Sequence record: ON470600
Length of the DNA stretch: 11,121 bases
Strand: one strand, 5' to 3'
DNA from: Escherichia phage vB_EcoS-569R6
Each line of letters starts with the position of its first letter. Positions within the stretch are counted from its first letter, which is position 1. The translations under genes and the position numbers were made by a program. The notes beneath the pieces were generated by a model that saw only the letters and a list, made by a program, of their open reading frames with translations, was not told where the DNA came from and did not search any database. Shown one piece after another: positions 6,483 through 11,121 of this stretch.

Positions 6483-8240
6483 TCACAGAATTAACAGGTC
6501 CTCATCAGGATCAAGCGTGGACAGAAAGTCATTCACGCCCCCGCCATTTACCAGAAAGCGGCTCATGGCTGTAAAAAGCGCAACAGGGCCGTCGATTTTG
6601 GCTTCCGGCGTGGATTTATTCGGGAAGATGTTGTCGTTTTTGTCCGGTTTTACAGTAACGTTAGACATCATCCAGTTCATGACCGGATGATTGCTGTGAT
6701 GGAAACGCCCGGCATAAACCAGTGATTCCGTTTCCTTCATGGCCTCTGACAGATTGCGGACCGTCTGCGGAACCTCCACCAGCGGTATCCCTTCTTCAGC
6801 CAGTGCCAGACTGAACTGCATTGCGCTCCACGGGTCAAATCCCAGTTCCCTGAGGTTTTCACCGCCAATCCATTCCAGTAAGTCACTTTTTATCTGAGCA
6901 TGATCGATAACATCACCATCCGTCAGGATGAGCTTATCCATCTCCGCCCACTTCCGGTAAAGTTCTGCCTGCTGCCGCGAGCATCGTTCCAGCCGTCCTT
7001 CCGGAAGCCAGAATTTAAAATCAGCATGAACATGTCCGTTATCGGTTCGCCAGAGTTTTGCCGCCGCACAGATATCAATCTTATGAGCAAGGTCGACGCC
7101 GACCCACATGGGATATGTTTTCAGCTCATGTTGTGGAGCAATGTATTCGCACTTCTCCCACTTAATCATATCCATCCAGGCAGATTCGGCAGTGACCCAC
7201 ACATTCATGTGTTTGGTAAAAAAATTCACCCGCGCAGAGACCTGCTCCTTCGCTTTTTTCGCCAGACGACGCAGATCATCCCAGCGTTTACAGATGCCCA
7301 GGCCAGGATTCGCTTTCTGCCAGACCGTTTCATCAAACGGATCATCTCCCTCATCAAGCGTGTAAATGATCGCAAAGTAAGAGTCGTCTTTTACAGCGCC
7401 CTCCACGTCGCTGTTATAGCCTCGCAATACCTTGATGGCGTAATCACGCTGCTCGTAACAAATCCCTTCCTTGTTAAAGCCAGCCGTGGTGATACCAAAT
7501 AACAGGGACTGCAGACGGGCACCGGTTGCCGTTTCCAGAACGTCCCACACGTCGCGGGTTTTATGTGCATGCAGCTCATCAATAATGGCGCAGTGGATGT
7601 TCAGACCGTCCAGGTTGTTTGCATCCGAGGAAAGCGGTTCAAATTTTGATGCGCTCTGCTCCTGGTAAATCGCCAGCTTGTTGAAATCAAACAACCGCCC
7701 GAGTGTCGACCGGGCTTTTCTGACCATATTTTTGGCGTCTTCAAACACGATTCTGGCCTGGTCACGCGTGGTTGCGGCTGAATACACCTCAGCTCCGCCT
7801 TCACTATCTGCCCCCGTCATATACAGGCCGATACCCGATGACAGGGTTGATTTTGCGTTTTTACGGGCGACTTCGTTGTACGCCGTCCGGAACCGGCGCA
7901 CCATCACCGGACGTCCGCTGCCATCGCTGCGCATGACAACTTCCCCGGTTTCTTCATTGACCAGCGGAATGACAAAACCAAAAATATTAATGAGGATAAA
8001 TACATGCCAGTCCATCAACTCAATGGGCTGGCCTGCCAGTGCCCCTTTTACATGAGGCACAAATTTGTAGAAATTCAGGATGTGCTGCGCACGGGGTTCA
8101 CTGAAATAAATCCCCCGCTTTTCGCCGTACTTCAGATCATCAAGAAAACGCTGGCAGGCCAGGCGGACAAATTCGCCAGCAACAATTTCTCCTGCAACAA
8201 CACGTTCGGCGTAGCGGATCCCGTCAGCCACTTTTGCCAT
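6483..8240 (-). CDS. Terminase large subunit
   Basis: 585-aa ORF whose ATG overlaps the small-subunit stop (ATGA). It has a P-loop-like ARKNAKST (plus 7845..7868) and a Walker B-like LNIHCAIIDELH about 90 aa later, with a nuclease-domain-sized C-terminal half. Confidence 0.95.
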   Translation of the reverse strand: MAKVADGIRYAERVVAGEIVAGEFVRLACQRFLDDLKYGEKRGIYFSEPRAQHILNFYKFVPHVKGALAGQPIELMDWHVFILINIFGFVIPLVNEETGEVVMRSDGSGRPVMVRRFRTAYNEVARKNAKSTLSSGIGLYMTGADSEGGAEVYSAATTRDQARIVFEDAKNMVRKARSTLGRLFDFNKLAIYQEQSASKFEPLSSDANNLDGLNIHCAIIDELHAHKTRDVWDVLETATGARLQSLLFGITTAGFNKEGICYEQRDYAIKVLRGYNSDVEGAVKDDSYFAIIYTLDEGDDPFDETVWQKANPGLGICKRWDDLRRLAKKAKEQVSARVNFFTKHMNVWVTAESAWMDMIKWEKCEYIAPQHELKTYPMWVGVDLAHKIDICAAAKLWRTDNGHVHADFKFWLPEGRLERCSRQQAELYRKWAEMDKLILTDGDVIDHAQIKSDLLEWIGGENLRELGFDPWSAMQFSLALAEEGIPLVEVPQTVRNLSEAMKETESLVYAGRFHHSNHPVMNWMMSNVTVKPDKNDNIFPNKSTPEAKIDGPVALFTAMSRFLVNGGGVNDFLSTLDPDEDLLIL

Positions 8241-8722
8241 CAGTCTCTCGCTTTTAAAAGCTCTGCCAGCGGATCAACATTATCCGGTCCGGCGGTATTT
8301 ACTTTTGCCCGGCTTGCCGGTGACATACCAAATTCTGCAAGCATCGCCCGGATCCGCTTCCAGGCATCCGCTTTCATCGCAGCAGCCGGGTGTGCCTTAA
8401 TCAGCACATCACCGTTCTGCGTTTTCGAGCGGTAGGTGTACCCCTCAACATCGAGTGTTTCGCAGTGATGCCGGTATTCGGTATAGGCTTCCACCAGTAG
8501 CTCAAGCGCACGCGCATCAAGCTGAGAAATGATCCCTTCCGCATTCAGCTCTTCCGCCATTCGCCTGAACCAGTACTTCCCCTGCGCCCCTAAATGTTGC
8601 GGAATTTTAGGGAGACCTTTTTCATCCTTTTTAGCGGTTTTTTTGAGGTCTTTAACTGGCCGCTTTGAGGGGTTGCCTCGTATCAAATGCAGGCGTGGCG
8701 GGGTTTTCGGGGGTCCAGACAT
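8240..8722 (-). CDS. Terminase small subunit (P27-family-like)
   Basis: 160-aa ORF immediately upstream of and coupled to the large terminase. The N-terminus MSGPPKTPPRLHLIRGNPSKRP... resembles the conserved start of P27-family small terminases as I recall it. Confidence 0.85.
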   Translation of the reverse strand: MSGPPKTPPRLHLIRGNPSKRPVKDLKKTAKKDEKGLPKIPQHLGAQGKYWFRRMAEELNAEGIISQLDARALELLVEAYTEYRHHCETLDVEGYTYRSKTQNGDVLIKAHPAAAMKADAWKRIRAMLAEFGMSPASRAKVNTAGPDNVDPLAELLKARD

Positions 8723-8869
8723 AATCGGTTTTACCTATCAATCATTTAATCACATTCCAAAAAAAAGTTTTCGAACCTGCGGCGATGCGAGGAAAGGTCA
8801 GGCGGCGGTACTGAGCAGCCAGGGTTGCAGAGATTTGGCCTGCCCCTCCCCTACAGATGGGAACTGTTA

Positions 8870-9220
8870 TCAATTGATGCGTTCGCGCGCTGTTTTTGCT
8901 TTATGACAGGGCCAGCACAGACTCTGCAGGTTACTGTCTGCATCCGTGCCACCATGAGCTTTCGGAATGATGTGGTCCACAGTTCTGGCTTCAACGGCTC
9001 TCCCATTGCGCAGGCAGTTCTGACACAGATGATTATCACGCTTCAGTATGCGCGCACGTATGGCATCCCATTTCGAGCCATAGCCACGCTGGTGGCGGCT
9101 CAGTCCGCGTTGATGCTGTACCCATCCTTCGCCACGATGTTTATCGCAGTAACCAGAACTGTCTGTGGTTGTACCTGCACATCCACGCTTACGGCAGGCG
9201 CGTGGGATTCGTGGGGGCAT
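8870..9220 (-). CDS. HNH endonuclease (terminase-associated)
   Basis: Cys-rich zinc-binding pattern with an HNH core (...CQNCL...VDHIIPKAHGGTD...NLQSLCWPCH...). The ORF-track start at 9319 is a TTG; I prefer ATG 9220 (MPPRIPRACRK...), which has GGAG 5 nt upstream. Position just upstream of the small terminase is the usual HK97-like arrangement. Confidence 0.8.
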   Translation of the reverse strand: MPPRIPRACRKRGCAGTTTDSSGYCDKHRGEGWVQHQRGLSRHQRGYGSKWDAIRARILKRDNHLCQNCLRNGRAVEARTVDHIIPKAHGGTDADSNLQSLCWPCHKAKTARERIN

Positions 9221-9340
9221 ATGTACTCCAATGAAGAAGCCACCGACATAGCCTCCTCCATTCATAGTGAAACTATTTTCATCTACCCAGTAATGAATTC
9301 TTTGTAGAGTTGTGATCAATACAACTCACTAATGGAGAGG

Positions 9341-9362
9341 CTTGTCCAACACGTTGGACAAG
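9341..9362. repeat. Perfect 10-bp inverted repeat CTTGTCCAAC-AC-GTTGGACAAG
   Basis: Read directly: the arms at 9341..9350 and 9353..9362 are exact reverse complements, separated by 2 nt. It lies in the HNH-bor intergenic region, about 80 nt upstream of the small plus-strand ORF. Confidence 0.8.
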
Positions 9363-9442
9363 TTTCCTGTTTGATTTACTGGACACTATAGAAGGACAGA
9401 ATGCCTTCATCACTCGAATAACATCAATTAAGGAGGTTCAAC

Positions 9443-9565
9443 ATGTTTCATTCCACAAATCATCAGGCTGTAATTATGGCTGCATCAGCTTGTGCCACAG
9501 ACCTTTTCCGCTTCACTTTGAGCCTGATTCATTTCTACCTGACCGGCTCGCCTCTATCTTTTTAA
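9443..9565 (+). CDS. Hypothetical small protein (40 aa) with a near-perfect Shine-Dalgarno
   Basis: TAAGGAGGT (9429..9437) sits 5 nt upstream of ATG 9443; the ORF runs to TAA 9563..9565 and encodes MFHSTNHQAVIMAASACATDLFRFTLSLIHFYLTGSPLSF. Same strand as bor, opposite to the late operon. No homology recognised. Confidence 0.3.
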   Translation: MFHSTNHQAVIMAASACATDLFRFTLSLIHFYLTGSPLSF

Positions 9566-9745
9566 TCCCCGCTTTATCCAAATTGCATTGCCAGAATGCC
9601 GACAACAGACTGACATTCAAATCCTGACTACCTCCGATAGGCTGAGCATCCACCTATATAGTTTTAATTTTCATCAATCCATTTAACTATCGTTTAATTG
9701 TTGTCACATAGGATTCTGCCGTTTTTAACAATGCAGGATAATAAG

Positions 9746-10039
9746 ATGAAAAAAATGTTGTTTTCTGCCGCTCTGGCAATGCTTATTACAGGATGTGCTC
9801 AACAGACGTTTACTGTTGGAAACAAACCGACAGCAGTAACACCAAAGGAAACCATCACCCATCATTTCTTCGTTTCGGGAATTGGACAGGAGAAAACTGT
9901 TGATGCAGCCAAAATTTGTGGCGGCGCAGAAAATGTTGTTAAAACAGAAACCCAGCAAACATTCGTAAATGGATTTCTCGGTTTTATTACTTTAGGCATT
10001 TATACTCCACTGGAAGCGCGTGTGTATTGCTCACAATAA
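9746..10039 (+). CDS. bor: Bor lipoprotein (lambda Bor family, serum-resistance lysogenic-conversion protein)
   Basis: Protein MKKMLFSAALAMLITGCAQQTFTV...ETITHHFFVSGIGQ...YTPLEARVYCSQ is nearly identical to lambda Bor as I recall it. Lipobox LITGC follows a signal peptide. AGGA 7 nt upstream of ATG 9746 (the ORF-track start at 9698 is a TTG extension). The region is visibly AT-rich compared with the structural genes. Confidence 0.9.
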   Translation: MKKMLFSAALAMLITGCAQQTFTVGNKPTAVTPKETITHHFFVSGIGQEKTVDAAKICGGAENVVKTETQQTFVNGFLGFITLGIYTPLEARVYCSQ

Positions 10040-10050
10040 TTGCATGAGTT

Positions 10051-10066
10051 GCCCATCGATATGGGC
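10051..10066. terminator. Hairpin GCCCAT-CGAT-ATGGGC between convergent bor and Rz (candidate bidirectional terminator; flank hidden by N-run)
   Basis: 6-bp inverted repeat with 4-nt loop, 12 nt after the bor stop. Any U-tract on the far side would lie in the N-run. Confidence 0.35.
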
Positions 10067-10069
10067 AGC

Positions 10070-10079
10070 NNNNNNNNNN
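10070..10079. other. Run of 10 N (gap that must stand for more than 10 nt of real sequence)
   Basis: Literal n characters. Rz and Rz1 on the minus strand are cut off at this point after about 83 and 10 codons, so the C-terminal halves of both are missing. Confidence 0.9.
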
Positions 10080-10110
10080 GCGCGCAGAGTTTCATTTTCA
10101 GCTTTCGCAT
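10080..10110 (-). CDS. Rz1: Rz1 o-spanin, first ~10 codons (embedded in the +1 frame of Rz, truncated by the N-run)
   Basis: In the +1 frame of Rz, ATG 10110..10108 begins [10 protein letters not shown]..., resembling the lambda Rz1 start (MLKLKM...) at the equivalent position inside Rz. The rest is lost in the gap. Confidence 0.45.
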
Positions 10111-10330
10111 TGGCTAATTCTCTCGAGTACTTTGCATCGAGTGCAGCAACATCACGCTGACGCTGCTGCATGTCAGCGATGGTGGCGATCGACTGCTTCA
10201 GCTCACTGACTTTTTTATCACGCTGTTCTTTGTAGGCGATGGCGTTATCACGGTAATGATTGACCGCCCACGACAGGCAGACGATGATGCAGATAACCAA
10301 AGCATAAATAATCGCGGCGACTCTGCTCAC
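10080..10330 (-). CDS. Rz: Rz i-spanin, N-terminal part (truncated by the N-run)
   Basis: From GTG 10330..10328 (overlapping the endolysin stop as GTGA) the frame reads [39 protein letters not shown]...[24 protein letters not shown], closely matching the N-terminal half of lambda Rz including the TM segment. The ORF-track start at 10345 is a TTG; the residues after the Xs are an artefact of reading across the gap. Confidence 0.8.
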
Positions 10331-10860
10331 TGCTCTATCCCCCAACAGGCTAATGCGCTTTCCTGGTCACGACGAATAACCTGTCCATAGCAGTTATTTG
10401 AACGTATGCGGCAATCGCGCCCACCATCTTTTATCCACCAGCGAATCGCCTCGCATGCGCCCTTACGATCACCGGCATTCAGCCGCTTATAAAACGTCGA
10501 CGGGAAACACTTACCGGGGCCAATGTTATAGGGACAGAATGACGCTATACCCGCTTTTTGTGGTTCGGTCAGTGGTACTTTAATATTGCGCTCCACCCAT
10601 GCCAGCGCCTTATCACGCTCAATGGCGTTGACCTGGTCGCATTTTTCCTTCGACAGTTTCATACCGGGAAAAACGGGTTTTCCATCCACCATCGTGGCCC
10701 CCCGACAGATGGTCCAGATGCCGGACCCATCGCGGTATGCCGTTGTGTGGTTACCTTCTTTTTCATCCAGAAACTGGTCGAGAATATCAGGCGCGGGCGC
10801 ACCGACGGCAATCAGTGCCAGAACGGCAGCCGACAGGCCGTATCTGATTTTTGCGTTCAT
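10327..10860 (-). CDS. Endolysin, GH24 (T4-lysozyme-like) lysozyme with N-terminal hydrophobic SAR/signal-like segment
   Basis: 177-aa ORF immediately upstream of Rz. Gly/Ala-rich hydrophobic N-terminus ([16 protein letters not shown]) is followed by E...D...T catalytic spacing ([19 protein letters not shown]), as in SAR endolysins of phage 21/P1 type. Confidence 0.85.
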   Translation of the reverse strand: MNAKIRYGLSAAVLALIAVGAPAPDILDQFLDEKEGNHTTAYRDGSGIWTICRGATMVDGKPVFPGMKLSKEKCDQVNAIERDKALAWVERNIKVPLTEPQKAGIASFCPYNIGPGKCFPSTFYKRLNAGDRKGACEAIRWWIKDGGRDCRIRSNNCYGQVIRRDQESALACWGIEQ

Positions 10861-10923
10861 GGATATTTATCAGGATTTATCGGTTTCTGCCCACGGACAG
10901 GTTTATCTGTTCCGGTCAGTGAC

Positions 10924-11121
10924 TTAAGGTTGTGATTCCGGAGGAGTCTTCAGAGAACCAGTAATTCTTCCCGGTAGCTTTCCTTTGTAGGTTATCCATA
11001 CATTCTGCGCCTCTAAAATTACGGGGCGCTTTTCCGGCGACTGCTCATCCCCTTCACATAACGCGGCAGCAACATCCAGGAAGACCTGTCTGATGCTCCT
11101 TCTGGCTGCTGCCTCATAAAA
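10924..11121 (-). CDS. Partial ORF (C-terminal 65 codons) of unknown function upstream of the endolysin; not holin-like
   Basis: The minus-strand frame is open from the window edge to TAA at 10926..10924 (…PVILEAQNVWITYKGKLPGRITGSLKTPPESQP). It is hydrophilic with no TM segment and contains several codons rare in E. coli (AGA, AGG, ATA, CTA). It may not be coding. Confidence 0.25.
   Translation of the reverse strand, partial: FYEAAARRSIRQVFLDVAAALCEGDEQSPEKRPVILEAQNVWITYKGKLPGRITGSLKTPPESQP

Noticed and set aside
8767-8780. GGTTCGAA-like motif resembling a tRNA T-arm
   Set aside because: No acceptor stem, anticodon arm or D-arm can be built around it. It is an isolated motif in the HNH-terS spacer.
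9221-9319. N-terminal extension of the HNH ORF as given in the ORF track (start at 9319)
   Set aside because: The codon at 9319..9317 is TTG with no SD. An in-frame ATG at 9220 has GGAG 5 nt upstream and gives a compact HNH protein beginning MPPRIPR.
9374-9396. T7-promoter-like core CACTATAGAAGGA
   Set aside because: Only the -7 to +1 core matches; the upstream recognition half (TAATACGACT) is not conserved, and the phage is lambdoid/HK97-like with no phage RNA polymerase gene in view. Most likely coincidental.
10331-10345. ORF-track start of Rz at 10345, and the residues after the Xs (AAHIDGQLMQLL)
   Set aside because: 10345..10343 is TTG. The lambda-like start MSRV corresponds to GTG at 10330 overlapping the endolysin stop. 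The post-gap residues come from reading through an N-run of unknown true length and do not resemble the Rz C-terminus.
1-11121. CRISPR arrays, rRNA/tRNA genes, IS elements or integrase/att sites
   Set aside because: No direct-repeat/spacer periodicity, no rRNA- or tRNA-like structures, no transposase- or integrase-like ORFs, and no terminal inverted repeats seen. The window is internal to a prophage late region.

Overview
This window is almost entirely the late (morphogenesis plus lysis) region of a lambdoid, HK97-like siphovirus prophage from an enterobacterial host, nearly all transcribed on the minus strand. From high to low coordinates the minus strand reads: a partial upstream ORF, a GH24 endolysin, Rz/Rz1 spanins (cut by an N-run), an HNH endonuclease, small and large terminase, portal, prohead protease, major capsid protein, four head-tail joining genes, major tail protein, the G/G-T tail chaperone pair with a visible -1 frameshift site, and the start of the tape measure gene. 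The only plus-strand genes are bor (a lambda-type lysogenic-conversion lipoprotein) and a 40-codon ORF with a perfect Shine-Dalgarno sequence. I did not find a multi-gene defence or other clearly novel system; what is worth a second look is small: the 40-aa plus-strand ORF and the inverted repeat upstream of it, a 46-aa hydrophobic ORF between terminase and portal, recurring hairpin/U-tract/SD junctions in the late operon, the missing holin, and two N-runs that hide real sequence. All homology statements are from memory of protein families, not from a database search.
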